DNA from: Pirellulales bacterium
Lineage (GTDB): Bacteria > Planctomycetota > Planctomycetia > Pirellulales > PALSA-1355
Length of the DNA stretch: 64,000 nt
Direction of reading: 5' to 3'
NCBI GenBank assembly: GCA_963733035.1
Contig: CAVTBU010000006.1
Coordinates: 704,001 to 768,000 of the forward strand
Part shown: positions 18,334 to 28,062 of the stretch, piece after piece
How positions within the stretch are numbered: position 1 is the stretch's first letter
Layout of the letters: every line of letters begins with the position of its first letter
Program-made: the position numbers and the translations under genes
Notes under the pieces: model-generated
Seen by the model: the letters and a program-made list of their open reading frames with translations, nothing else
The model's database searches: none
What the model was told of the DNA's origin: nothing

Positions 18334-19215
18334 TTAGGCTGCCCTATTCTTCGCTTCGCGACGACCCCATTGTGCCTCGCTTGCCGCATCGCCGCCGAAA
18401 GCAATCACTTCGATTGTGCGATCGCTCGATTCCGCTTCGGGGTCGGGCTGCAACTTTGCGTGCTGCAATTCCCACAGCCGGGCTTGTTTCATGAACGTGT
18501 AAAATGCCGTGTAGGCGCAGATGTGAAAACCCGGCATGCCGTCCAAGAAGCCCAGCCGCAGAATGTACAACTGCAGAAATCGCAACGGGGCACGAAACAC
18601 CATTGACAACAGACTGACGCGCTGTCCTTCGTCGCGTAGATTGAGCGCTCCCCATGAGGCGTAGCGATTCATCTTCCGCCAGTACTCGTCGGAGCTCCAG
18701 GTCGTGTAGTGATCGAACGGATGCTTGAGCCGCCGGACGCGCGACGGATCCATTTGTATCTCGGCATGTACCCAGCGTTCGCGATAGCGCCCGATGTCGC
18801 GGCGAAAAAGCCGCAACACGTCGTCGCTTCCCCAGCCGCAGTGGGCGATATGGTAGCCAAGAAAATGGTTCTTGCGTCCAATCCAGTAGCCGTCGATGTC
18901 GTCACTCGGCTTGTCAAGCAACAGGCGAATCTCTGCGGCCAACTGCGGTGTTACTCGCTCGTCGGCGTCGACGATGATTACCCAAGGATGTTGAGCCTGC
19001 GGGATCGCCCAGTTCTTGAAGTTGGCCGAATGCACATAATCCCGTTGAATGATACGGCAGCCGCCCATTTTGCGCACGATGTCCAGCGTGCCGTCGGTCG
19101 AACCGCTGTCCGCGACGAGAATCTCGTCGGCGATCGGCCGCACGGACTCAATGCAGGGTCGGATATTGTATCGTTCATTCTTGCAGGGAATCAGGGCCGT
19201 TAACTTTGTCTTCAT
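18334..19215 (-). CDS. Glycosyltransferase family 2 (beta-glucosyltransferase-like)
   Basis: LIPCKNE, VADSGSTDGT, KNWAI, IVDADER, LRLFRR and LGFLDG motifs. Confidence 0.92.
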   Translation of the reverse strand: MKTKLTALIPCKNERYNIRPCIESVRPIADEILVADSGSTDGTLDIVRKMGGCRIIQRDYVHSANFKNWAIPQAQHPWVIIVDADERVTPQLAAEIRLLLDKPSDDIDGYWIGRKNHFLGYHIAHCGWGSDDVLRLFRRDIGRYRERWVHAEIQMDPSRVRRLKHPFDHYTTWSSDEYWRKMNRYASWGALNLRDEGQRVSLLSMVFRAPLRFLQLYILRLGFLDGMPGFHICAYTAFYTFMKQARLWELQHAKLQPDPEAESSDRTIEVIAFGGDAASEAQWGRREAKNRAA

Positions 19216-19614
19216 GGATGGTCCTACTCAGGAAACTCATGGCGCAGAATCTCCTGCCCCGGGAATGTCTTCGGTATCGGCAAATGTGAGTCTTTCGTGA
19301 AAACCCCCAAAACCGGCAGAACCGTCTCGACTGGAGTAGCGAACGAAATCTGTTGGTACAAACGACGTGCTAGCACGGAATCGGGCGCGAAGTTTCAACT
19401 GTCCGCGCTACGCGCGGATTTCTTCACGTATTCGGTGGAGTTCCGCCCACCCAGTGCGTCCATACGGGCAGACACGTGAATTTGCGCCGCCCGGATGCGT
19501 GCGATCGTGCCAATTTCCGCCGGATCGCTCGTCATGCGGCAGCGCGCCGGCCAAAGAAACGTGCTTACAACAAATCTGCTGGCGTTTGCGGCCTGGCGCT
19601 CGTAACTTGTAGCC

Positions 19615-20871
19615 ATGCGCCGTAACACGCTTGCCAATCGCAGCCAGCAGATGCTTCGCCGCCATTTCCTGGTGACCACCGGTGGGGCGACTTTCGTGGG
19701 ATTGTTCGCGTCAAAGCTGCTGGCCGCCGAGCGCCATTCGCGACGACTGCTGTTCACCTCGCGTGGCAAGACCGGTATCGCCATGCTCGATGGTGGCCGC
19801 ATGCGGTATCTCGACTTGGATGTTCCCAACCAGGCGACCTGGCAGCCGGGACCGGCCTTCGGAGACGGAAAGCGGATCGTGCTGTTAAGTATGGAACCGC
19901 GGCGCGATGGACCGGGTCGGCCCTTTGAAGAGTACTACACGCAGACGCCGACGCACCTCTGGACCTACGATCTTGATTCAGGAGCACTCGAGGAAATCTG
20001 CACGCGCGAGCGGCTGGCACCCTTCGAAACGCCGGCGTTGCTGCTGAGCGACGAGCGCATTCTGATGCAGGTGGTGCGCGACAAGGTTGGGCAGATCTTC
20101 TCCATGCGGTTGGATGGAAGCGACCCGCGTCCGTTCACCAGGGCAGGGGAGGGTTTGCCGTACGGCTTGAGCCTCAGCCCGGATGGACGCCGCGTGGCTT
20201 ATCATCTGGCCAGTCCCGAGGGCTATCAAATTTGGACGAGCGACACCGACGGGATGAACCGAGTGCGCGTGGCGGCCAGTCCGGCGCATTTGTACTTTGG
20301 CACTGCCTGGTCGCCGGACGGCAAGTGGGTGCTGTACGTTGACTGTCACTATCAGTCCGATCCGGGACACGACTGGGCCGACGTTTGCATCGGACGCGCG
20401 GATGGCAGCGAGCATCGCGTGTTGACCGAAGGACAGGCAATGTGGTTTGCAGCCACCTACGGCAACGAGCAAACGCGCGGTGGGGGCTCGAACGTGCCTG
20501 CTTGGACTCCGGACGGTGCGATTCTGTTTCCTCGCCGCACGCCCGATGCAACGGTCGCCTGGCAGTATCAGGCGAGTCGCCCCGACACGGATCACTTCAA
20601 CCGCGACTATAAACCGGAGCAAGCCCGCGGCTGCTGCGAGATTTGCCGCCTGGATCCTGCCAGTGGCGCGATGCAGGCGCTTACGCACGGCGACACCGGC
20701 GTCTGGGATTTCCGTGCCAGTGCAGCGCCCGACACGGGGCAAATCGTTTTTTGCCGTGCCAAAGTGGGCGATGCGCCGGCGATCTGGGTGATGGATGACG
20801 ACGGCCGCAATCCCCGGATGATCACGCGTGGCATCGACGACCTGGGTGCGGATCATCCTCGCTGGGTTTAG
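19615..20871 (+). CDS. Tat-exported TolB-like beta-propeller (PD40 repeats)
   Basis: LRRHFL twin-arginine signal; LSPDGRRVAY, WSPDGKWVLY and WTPDG repeats. Confidence 0.75.
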   Translation: MRRNTLANRSQQMLRRHFLVTTGGATFVGLFASKLLAAERHSRRLLFTSRGKTGIAMLDGGRMRYLDLDVPNQATWQPGPAFGDGKRIVLLSMEPRRDGPGRPFEEYYTQTPTHLWTYDLDSGALEEICTRERLAPFETPALLLSDERILMQVVRDKVGQIFSMRLDGSDPRPFTRAGEGLPYGLSLSPDGRRVAYHLASPEGYQIWTSDTDGMNRVRVAASPAHLYFGTAWSPDGKWVLYVDCHYQSDPGHDWADVCIGRADGSEHRVLTEGQAMWFAATYGNEQTRGGGSNVPAWTPDGAILFPRRTPDATVAWQYQASRPDTDHFNRDYKPEQARGCCEICRLDPASGAMQALTHGDTGVWDFRASAAPDTGQIVFCRAKVGDAPAIWVMDDDGRNPRMITRGIDDLGADHPRWV

Positions 20872-20980
20872 CGGTCCAAATGTAACCCGAGATCCAACGG
20901 ACTGACGCTGGAACGGTCGCCGAATCCGAGGTAACGTAGTGGCAGAATCCTGCCGTATTGCTTCCACGAAAGGTCCCGCC

Positions 20981-22000
20981 ATGTTCGCTCGTCGGTCGTT
21001 TTGCGTCACTGTTCTCCTGTGCGCCGCAGTCTCCGGTGCTTTGCGTCTTGCCGAAGGGGCCGGCATCAGATTTGAAGGCAAGCAGGGACCCGGCAAGGGC
21101 AAACAAATCGTGCTCGTGAGCGGCGACGAAGAATACCGTTCCGAGGAAGGCTTGCCGCAGTTGGCCAAGATTTTGGCCGAACATCACGGGTTCACGTGTA
21201 CGGTTTTGTTCGCCATTGACAAGAACGACGGCACGATCAATCCGAACCAGAACGACAACATTCCCGGTCTCGAAGCGCTCGACTCGGCCGATTTGCTGAT
21301 CCTGTTCACGCGGTTCCGCAATCTACCGGACGACCAGATGCGACACATTGTCGACTACGTCGAGTCCGGCAAACCGATCATCGGGCTGCGAACCGCCACG
21401 CATGCCTTTGCATTGGCGCCCGAGAGCTCGTTTGCCCGCTACGGCTGGCAGAGCAAGGAGTGGGATGGCGGCTTTGGCCGGCAGGTGCTGGGCGAAACCT
21501 GGATCAATCACCACGGCGGACACGGCTCGCAAAGCACCCGCGGCATCATTGCCCCTGGCCAGCAGGACAATCCCATCCTGCGCGGCATCAAGGACGGCGA
21601 CATCTGGGGTCCGACCGACGTCTACGGCGTTCGTCTTCCGCTCCCCGGCAACAGCCAGCCGCTCGTGCTGGGGCAGGTGCTCGTCGGGATGAGCCCCGAC
21701 GATAAACCACTCGAAGGCAAGAAGAACGACCCGATGATGCCGATCGCCTGGACCAAGACTTACACGAGCCCCTCGGGCAAAACGGCGCGGGCTTTCACCA
21801 CAACGATGGGCGCTTCGCAAGACCTTTCGAGCGAGGGGCTCCGCCGCCTGCTGGTCAACGCGGCCTACTGGGCCTTGGGAATGGAAGACAAGATTCCATC
21901 CAGGTCCAACGTCGACATCGTCGGTCAGTACAACCCCACGCCGTTCGGTCACAGTACTTACCAGAAGGGCGTGAAGCCAGAGGACTTGAAGGAACGATGA
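20981..22000 (+). CDS. ThuA-like (class I glutamine amidotransferase fold) secreted protein
   Basis: IVLVSGDEEYRSEE, GLRTATHAF, PIAWT and FTTTMG motifs; signal peptide. Confidence 0.8.
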   Translation: MFARRSFCVTVLLCAAVSGALRLAEGAGIRFEGKQGPGKGKQIVLVSGDEEYRSEEGLPQLAKILAEHHGFTCTVLFAIDKNDGTINPNQNDNIPGLEALDSADLLILFTRFRNLPDDQMRHIVDYVESGKPIIGLRTATHAFALAPESSFARYGWQSKEWDGGFGRQVLGETWINHHGGHGSQSTRGIIAPGQQDNPILRGIKDGDIWGPTDVYGVRLPLPGNSQPLVLGQVLVGMSPDDKPLEGKKNDPMMPIAWTKTYTSPSGKTARAFTTTMGASQDLSSEGLRRLLVNAAYWALGMEDKIPSRSNVDIVGQYNPTPFGHSTYQKGVKPEDLKER

Positions 22001-22048
22001 AATCAGAAGGATGAGTAAGACGTTTTCTCATCCTGCTCACCTTGGCCT

Positions 22049-23365
22049 TCAACAGTCGAGCGTGTGCTCAACTTCCCAGCCTGATACGTGCCGGCCGTAG
22101 TCGCGCCACTGCGCGCGCTTCAGTTTCAAATACGATGCGCTGAACGCTTCGCCCAGCCGGCTTCGTAGCACGTCGCTTGCGGCAAAGGCCTGCATGGCTT
22201 CGTATAGATTGTCGGGCAGCGTCGGCGGGCCATCGAGGCGATCGTCGTCCAAGTACATGTTTGAATCGAGCCGCTGGCCGGGGTCGCGGTTGTTGGCGAT
22301 GCCGTCGAGGCCGGCGTGCAGAATGGCCGCCGGCATCAGGTAGGGGTTTGCTGAGCCGTCCGGCAGCCTCAGTTCGAGACGCCCTGCATCGGGGATGCGG
22401 ATCATGTGCGTGCGGTTGTTGCCGGCGTAGCTGATCGTGTTGGGTGACCAAGTGGCACCAGAGGCTGTCGCCGGGGCGTTGATGCGGCGATACGAATTGA
22501 CCGTGGGATTGGTGAACAGGCAGAGGGCCGGGGCTGAATACATGATGCCGCCCAGGAAATGGTAGGCGAGTTCCGACAGCCCCAGTTCACCGTCACGAGC
22601 GAAAAACAGATTCGCTTCGGAACTGTCCTGCCATAGAGAAACGTGCGTGTGGCAGCCGTTGCCGGTCAAGTGCGAAAACGGCTTGGGCATGAACGTTGCC
22701 CGCAGGCCGTGCTTTTCGGCCAGGGTCTTGACCATGTACTTGAAGAACGTGTGCCGATCGGCCGTGGTCAGCGCGTCGGAATAGTTCCAGTTCATCTCGA
22801 ACTGGCCGTTGGCGTCTTCGTGATCGTTTTGATAGGGTCCCCAACCGAGCTTCTGCATGGCATCGCAGATCTCGGTTATCAGATCGTACCGCCGCATCAG
22901 GGCCTGTTGATCGTAACAGGGCTTCGCTTGCCGATCGCCGGAATCCGCCAGAGCTTGACCCTCCGGCGTGAGAACGAAGAACTCGCATTCCACTCCCGTG
23001 CGCATTTCGTAGCCAAGACGCTTGGCCTCGATCAGGGCGCCCTTGAGCACGTTTCGCGGGGCTTGGGCGACCGGCTCGCCGGACATCCACAGGTCGGCTG
23101 CCACCCAGGCAACTTCCGGCTTCCAGGGAAGTTGTACGACGCTGGCCGCGTCGGGAATGGCAAACATGTCCGGGTCGGCGGGTGTCATATCCAGCCAGGT
23201 GGCAAATCCCGCGAAGCCCGCCCCGTTCTTACACATTTCACTGATTGCCGCAGCCGGTACGAGTTTGGCTCGCACGGTTCCCATCAGGTCCGAGAATGAA
23301 ACCAGAAAGTACTTTACGCCCAGTTCCCGGGCCAGTGCGGCTAGTTCGACTGACATGACCTTCAT
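22049..23365 (-). CDS. glnT: Type III glutamate--ammonia ligase (GlnT / gamma-glutamylmethylamide synthetase-like)
   Basis: RAKLVP..GAGFAGFA, GVECEFF, KPCYDQ, QNDHEDANGQFEMN, ATFMPKPF, GNGCH, GNNRTH and ELRLPDG motifs. Confidence 0.9.
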   Translation of the reverse strand: MKVMSVELAALARELGVKYFLVSFSDLMGTVRAKLVPAAAISEMCKNGAGFAGFATWLDMTPADPDMFAIPDAASVVQLPWKPEVAWVAADLWMSGEPVAQAPRNVLKGALIEAKRLGYEMRTGVECEFFVLTPEGQALADSGDRQAKPCYDQQALMRRYDLITEICDAMQKLGWGPYQNDHEDANGQFEMNWNYSDALTTADRHTFFKYMVKTLAEKHGLRATFMPKPFSHLTGNGCHTHVSLWQDSSEANLFFARDGELGLSELAYHFLGGIMYSAPALCLFTNPTVNSYRRINAPATASGATWSPNTISYAGNNRTHMIRIPDAGRLELRLPDGSANPYLMPAAILHAGLDGIANNRDPGQRLDSNMYLDDDRLDGPPTLPDNLYEAMQAFAASDVLRSRLGEAFSASYLKLKRAQWRDYGRHVSGWEVEHTLDC

Positions 23366-24375
23366 GATGCGAGCAGCTCCTTAACGGCGCGGGCAATGAA
23401 TTGCTCGTCCTCGGGGTTCTTGCTTGGGTTGCCGGCCCGATGGCCCCAAATCGATGGAATGGGAAGGTAGATCGCCCGCTGCATCCGCCGCGCTTCGTGG
23501 TCGCTGTCCTCGGGCGTGAAGTACAGGTCAGTCGCACAAGGCATGACGAGCGTATCGGCTTCGATCGCTCCGAGAGCCCGATCGATGTCGCCTCCGTAAA
23601 TATCGTTGTCGCTGATATCCGACCGCTTCCAGGTTTCAATCATTGACACCAGGTTTCCGGCATTCCGCTTGAGGAAGCTGGCTTCCCAATCGCGAACGAG
23701 AAAGTCCTCCAGCGATTCGTAGCCGAGTTTCAGGTAGAGCTTCTCGCGGTAGAACGCCTGCGACAGCGCCCAGCCGGCGTACACCCGACCCAGCGCCCGC
23801 AAGCCGCGCTCGGGCCAAGCGGTGAAGCTCGTGCGGTCGAAGGCGGCGTCGGCGGTGAGCGCCGCGCGAATGCCCTCAAGAAACACGAGGTTGTGCGGCG
23901 ATGTCTTGGCCGAGCCACAAACGGCCGCGATGCGCTCCACCCGATCTGGATAGAGAGCGCCCCAGTGCAATGCCTGCTGCGCGCCCATCGACCAACCGTA
24001 GACCAAGGCCAGTCGCTTGATACCGAATACATCCTCGAGCATCTGACGTTGGGCCTCCACGTTATCAACGTGCGTGAACAGGTCCAAATGTTTCGAACCG
24101 AGTGGTTCAGGCAGATTGCTCGGCGAACTCGACAGGCCGTTGCCAAACTGGTTGGCAATGATAATGAAATACTTTCGCGGATCGAGAATCCTGTCCGGCC
24201 CGATCAGCCAGTCGATGTCCTCGTGGGTCGCTCCGTAGGACGTCGGATACAAGATGACGTTCGAGCGGTCTTCGCGCAATTCGCCGTATGTTTGGTAGGC
24301 GAGCACGGCTTGGCGAATTGTCGTTCCATGTTGCAGCTTGAAGTCTTCAATTTCATAGGTTTCATAAGATTGCAT
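23362..24375 (-). CDS. Alpha/beta hydrolase, homoserine O-acetyltransferase (MetX)-like
   Basis: LAYQTYG, FGNGLSSSPSN, GWSMG nucleophile elbow, DLYF and WGH. ATG at 24375; 4-nt overlap with glnT. Confidence 0.85.
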   Translation of the reverse strand: MQSYETYEIEDFKLQHGTTIRQAVLAYQTYGELREDRSNVILYPTSYGATHEDIDWLIGPDRILDPRKYFIIIANQFGNGLSSSPSNLPEPLGSKHLDLFTHVDNVEAQRQMLEDVFGIKRLALVYGWSMGAQQALHWGALYPDRVERIAAVCGSAKTSPHNLVFLEGIRAALTADAAFDRTSFTAWPERGLRALGRVYAGWALSQAFYREKLYLKLGYESLEDFLVRDWEASFLKRNAGNLVSMIETWKRSDISDNDIYGGDIDRALGAIEADTLVMPCATDLYFTPEDSDHEARRMQRAIYLPIPSIWGHRAGNPSKNPEDEQFIARAVKELLAS

Positions 24376-24389
24376 CGGCCTTGCGCCCG

Positions 24390-25346
24390 CTAACGTGCGA
24401 CCTCGATTTCGTGCAGCCTGCGAATCACTTCGCCGTTGGCCTTGGGATAACTGGGAGCGATGTGCGCCAGGCGACTTTTCAGTTCCTGATGCGCCCGCGG
24501 TAAGCAGAAAAACGTGATTGACGGATAAAGGTGATGTTCGGCATGGAACGGCATGTTCCACATCAGAAATCGAATCGGCGCGCTGGCGAGCGTCGTGCGG
24601 GTGTTCGTCAGTCCATTGGTATCCTGGCTGCAACCGGTGTGTTCCACGATCAAGATCGCCCGCAACAGCGGTTGGGCCAGGATGGCCGGGAACAGCCAAT
24701 ACCACCAAACGACCGCCGTTTGCAGAACGACCGAGCCGATGGCCAATAACAGATACAGCCCAACATGTGCGCAAGCCGACCAGGTGACGATGCTGCGCGA
24801 ATGTTCTGGGACGAACGGATACGGCCTGCGCCCGATCGCCATCGTGACTAGCTCCGCCGGCTTGTGCCACCAGAAGGGCAGGCCGCTGATGTGCAATGCA
24901 TACTCGAAGCGACTGGTGGGCTTGGGGGTTTCCAGTTCGGGATCGCGCTCGGCATCCTGCGTGTAGCGATGATGCCAAGTGTGGTAGCGCCGGTAGTATG
25001 TGAAGTTGTAGAAACACAGCGCTCCGGCCAGCCAACCAAAAGCGTCGTTGAACCAGGGAGTCTTGAAGGCCGTTTTGTGCACACACTCGTGCATCGGGGC
25101 GAACATTGTCACGATCGTGAAACCGTGGGCGACCATCGCCGGCGCAAGCAGCCACCAATTGTCGAACGTGAGCCAGATGAGCAGCCCGGTCGTACCCATC
25201 ACGGCCAAATGACCGCCGTAGCGCAGCGTTCCGCGCAGGTCCGAGCGCTGGCTCAATGCGCGCACAACATCGATCTCGATCGCGTTGCGACCGGGCAGTT
25301 TGAGGATCTCGGGATAGTATTGTTCCGCCGCCGCCGGGTCTTGCAT
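24390..25346 (-). CDS. Membrane fatty acid desaturase / hydroxylase superfamily (MocD-like)
   Basis: Three His boxes (HECVH, HTWHH, HAEHH) and TM segments. ATG at 25346 with GGAG RBS. Confidence 0.88.
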   Translation of the reverse strand: MQDPAAAEQYYPEILKLPGRNAIEIDVVRALSQRSDLRGTLRYGGHLAVMGTTGLLIWLTFDNWWLLAPAMVAHGFTIVTMFAPMHECVHKTAFKTPWFNDAFGWLAGALCFYNFTYYRRYHTWHHRYTQDAERDPELETPKPTSRFEYALHISGLPFWWHKPAELVTMAIGRRPYPFVPEHSRSIVTWSACAHVGLYLLLAIGSVVLQTAVVWWYWLFPAILAQPLLRAILIVEHTGCSQDTNGLTNTRTTLASAPIRFLMWNMPFHAEHHLYPSITFFCLPRAHQELKSRLAHIAPSYPKANGEVIRRLHEIEVAR

Positions 25347-25389
25347 GAGGCTCCTACTCGCATCGTTTCTCGGACACCAGGTTTCACGC

Positions 25390-25405
25390 AGCAATCTGCA
25401 TACCT
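25390..25405 (-). promoter_or_regulatory. Putative sigma54 (-24/-12) promoter of the desaturase-hydrolase-glnT operon
   Basis: Minus strand reads AGGTATGCAGATTGCT, i.e. GG-N10-GC with TTGC, about 45 nt upstream of the ATG. Confidence 0.6.
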
Positions 25406-25655
25406 TAGGCAGCCGGAATTCCGAAGCTACTAGCACGCCGGAGTTTAACCATTCCCGACTCCCGCATGACAGAGACTCGAAAAATGCATTTTGCCGCGCA
25501 TCGGGGCAGTGCCGTGCCGCGCCTTGGAGCAAGGGGCGCAGGCGGGTTGCACCGGCCAAATGCTCCGCGGGCGCGGTTGCGATGCCCCTTGCAGCGACGA
25601 TAATGTCAAAGGCCCAACCACCCCCTCGATCTGCTAGCCACTCAGGAGTCCCACT

Positions 25656-26723
25656 ATGTCCCGCTTTTCGCGCCGACAAGTTTTGAAAGCTGGTGCCGCC
25701 ACCGTGGTTTCCCCCTCCGTGTTGTCGATGCTTGGCTCGACGGCCCTGGCAGCCGACCCTTATGCCGACGGCAAACTCGTCGATGGGGAACCTCCGAAAC
25801 CGGAAAAGGGTTCGTTCACGGTGGCAGTTCTTCCCGACACGCAAAACTACAGCGAGCGCTACCCAGAGACTTACAAAGACCAGACAAACTGGATCGTCGA
25901 CAGCAAGCGCGACCGCAACATTGCCTGCGTGCTGCACCTGGGCGACATTACCAACAACAACACGACCGCCGAATGGGAAAACGCCCAGGCGGCGATGCGA
26001 ATTCTCGATGGCAAGCTGCCGTATTTCATGGTGCCCGGCAACCACGACTACAGCGAAGGGGGCCATTGTCGTGACCGCACGACGCTGCTCAACGATTATT
26101 TCTCCGTCGGTCAATTCCAGGGGACGCCGACCTTTGGTGGCACCTACGATAAGGAGCCCGACCGGCTGGAGAACACCTATCACCTGTTTTCCGCCGAAGG
26201 GCGCGACTTCGTGGTGATTGGCCTCGAGTTTGGTCCGCGCAAGGACGTCGTTCGTTGGGCCAACGAGGTGGCTGCCAAGCACAAGGACCGCGCGGCGATC
26301 TTGATAACCCACGCCTACATGTACTACGACGATACCCGATACGACTGGAAGAAGTACGGCGCCAAGCAAGCTTGGAATCCGCATGGTTATCTGGTGGCGA
26401 AGTCAACGGACGACGACATTTCCGACGGCGACGAGTTGTGGAATAACCTCGTCAGCCGCCATGAGAATTTCATCCTGACGCTCAACGGCCACGTGCTGGT
26501 CGATGGCTTGGCGCGATTGACGTCCACCACGCCCGGCGGCCGCGACGTGCATCAGATCCTCGTCAACTACCAGATGCGTCCGCACGGCGGCGATGGCTGG
26601 TTGCGGTTGCTCGAGTTCCGTCCGGACGGCAAGACCGTGCAGGTGTATGACTATTCGCCGACCTTGAAGCAGCGGAATGAAGGACCGGCTAACCAGTTTT
26701 CCTTCCAACTGGCAGCTGTCTGA
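25656..26723 (+). CDS. Tat-exported calcineurin-like metallophosphoesterase
   Basis: SRRQVLK signal; DTQ, HLGD, GNHD, TH and GH metal-binding motifs. Confidence 0.88.
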   Translation: MSRFSRRQVLKAGAATVVSPSVLSMLGSTALAADPYADGKLVDGEPPKPEKGSFTVAVLPDTQNYSERYPETYKDQTNWIVDSKRDRNIACVLHLGDITNNNTTAEWENAQAAMRILDGKLPYFMVPGNHDYSEGGHCRDRTTLLNDYFSVGQFQGTPTFGGTYDKEPDRLENTYHLFSAEGRDFVVIGLEFGPRKDVVRWANEVAAKHKDRAAILITHAYMYYDDTRYDWKKYGAKQAWNPHGYLVAKSTDDDISDGDELWNNLVSRHENFILTLNGHVLVDGLARLTSTTPGGRDVHQILVNYQMRPHGGDGWLRLLEFRPDGKTVQVYDYSPTLKQRNEGPANQFSFQLAAV

Positions 26724-26776
26724 ATTGGCAGCCCTCAGTCTTCAATCTTCGACGGTGCCAAGCGTGGCGGCTGGAG

Positions 26777-28027
26777 CTACCGGTGCGACGCGAAAGCATC
26801 GAGAATCTGCACGTGCTCGGGGCGGAAGCCGATGCCGATTACCAAGGCCGGAATCCTGCGAGTCAGCGGCACTTTGAGCAACAGTTTGGCGTACCACGGC
26901 AGGCGCGGAACTTCGTTGTTGCCGAGTACACGTTCCAGCACGCGATGGTGAATCACCAATTGCAGCCGCTGAGTCCAGCGCGTGGGAAACTTGCGCCGCT
27001 TCTGAACCTTGGCCAACGCGTCCGTCGAGATGCGATGTGATCGTAGTGTGTCGGCCAGCAGATTGGCCGCGGCCACGGCGTCTTGAATTGCCAAGTTGAT
27101 GCCCACGCCACCCACGGGCGACATGGCATGGGCTGCGTCGCCAATGCAGAGCAGACCGGCTCGATGCCAGATCTTCAGACGATCGACCATGACCGTCAGA
27201 AGTTTGACCTGTTCCCAATCATCGAGTTCACCCGCGCGATCTTTGAGAAACGGCGCGATCTCGGCAACGCGTCGGTGAAACGCGTCCAACCCTTCGCTGC
27301 GAATGGTATCGTAACCTCCCTTGCGAATCACATAAGCACACTGCCAGTAGTCGCCTCGATCGAGCATCACGAAGACCGCTCCCCGTCCGAATCTGCCGAT
27401 TGGCTGTTTTGGATCATCCGGCTCGCGACGGATCCGCATCCACAGTACGTCGATTGGAGCTCCGAGGTCTTCGACTTTCAGGCCCGCACGCTCGCGAACT
27501 ACCGAATGCCGCCCGTCGCACCCGACGGTCAGATGCGCGTGGACTTGCAGCTGACCGGTGGGCGTTTTGGCCTGTACGCCAACAATGCGGCCGTCTTGCT
27601 CGATGAGATCCGTCACCTCGCTCTGCATCTTCAGCCGAAAGGTCGGCAATCGCTGAGCCCGGTCCGACATAAAGTTGAGAAATTCCCACTGCGGCATGAA
27701 GGCGATGAAGCCGCAGTGGGCCGGCAGGTGTGTGAAGTCGGCGAACACGAACTCGTCGCCCCCCACCACGCCGTGAACCTGCCGCGCTTCCTGGTGCGGA
27801 CGCTTAAGAAACTCGTTGAGCAGGCCAAGTTCGTACAGCAGCTCGAGCGTGGAGGGATGAATCGTGTCGCCCCGAAAGTCACGCAGGAAGTCGGCGTGCT
27901 TTTCCAGTACGACTACATCGATTCCCGCCCGAGCGAGCAGAAACCCCAGCATCATGCCCGCCGGCCCACCCCCGACGATACAACAGGACGTGGTGACTGC
28001 GTCACTGACTGACTCGTCATCCACCAT
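26777..28027 (-). CDS. FAD-dependent oxidoreductase (aromatic hydroxylase / FAD_binding_3 family)
   Basis: GGGPAG, DFRGDT, GCDGRHS and IGDAAHAMSPVGGVGINLAIQDA motifs. Confidence 0.9.
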   Translation of the reverse strand: MVDDESVSDAVTTSCCIVGGGPAGMMLGFLLARAGIDVVVLEKHADFLRDFRGDTIHPSTLELLYELGLLNEFLKRPHQEARQVHGVVGGDEFVFADFTHLPAHCGFIAFMPQWEFLNFMSDRAQRLPTFRLKMQSEVTDLIEQDGRIVGVQAKTPTGQLQVHAHLTVGCDGRHSVVRERAGLKVEDLGAPIDVLWMRIRREPDDPKQPIGRFGRGAVFVMLDRGDYWQCAYVIRKGGYDTIRSEGLDAFHRRVAEIAPFLKDRAGELDDWEQVKLLTVMVDRLKIWHRAGLLCIGDAAHAMSPVGGVGINLAIQDAVAAANLLADTLRSHRISTDALAKVQKRRKFPTRWTQRLQLVIHHRVLERVLGNNEVPRLPWYAKLLLKVPLTRRIPALVIGIGFRPEHVQILDAFASHR

Positions 28028-28062
28028 TTGGGGCGGCCTCCCGTTCTGCTCAGGCGAGCATC

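Noticed and set aside
19366..19377. Perfect 12-bp palindrome CGTGCTAGCACG in the GT2/TolB-like divergent region
   Set aside because: Single occurrence with no second copy or cognate regulator seen; could be chance.
19978..21168. 396-aa antisense ORF and similar long antisense ORFs (27083-28012, 36105-37094, 48226-49323, 61268-62311)
   Set aside because: They lie opposite well-supported genes, have no motifs, and are expected in high-GC DNA.
25350..25470. Possible guanidine-I (ykkC)-like riboswitch upstream of the desaturase (GCTAG..., GTCCGAG fragments on the minus strand)
   Set aside because: The conserved 3' AAAAGCCCGGGAG-type element is absent, and the region is better explained by a sigma54 promoter.
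23362..26384. Long ORF-track calls of 598 aa (23362-25158) and 664 aa (24390-26384)
   Set aside because: The N-terminal extensions are shadows of neighbouring genes; the real starts are ATG 24375 and ATG 25346.
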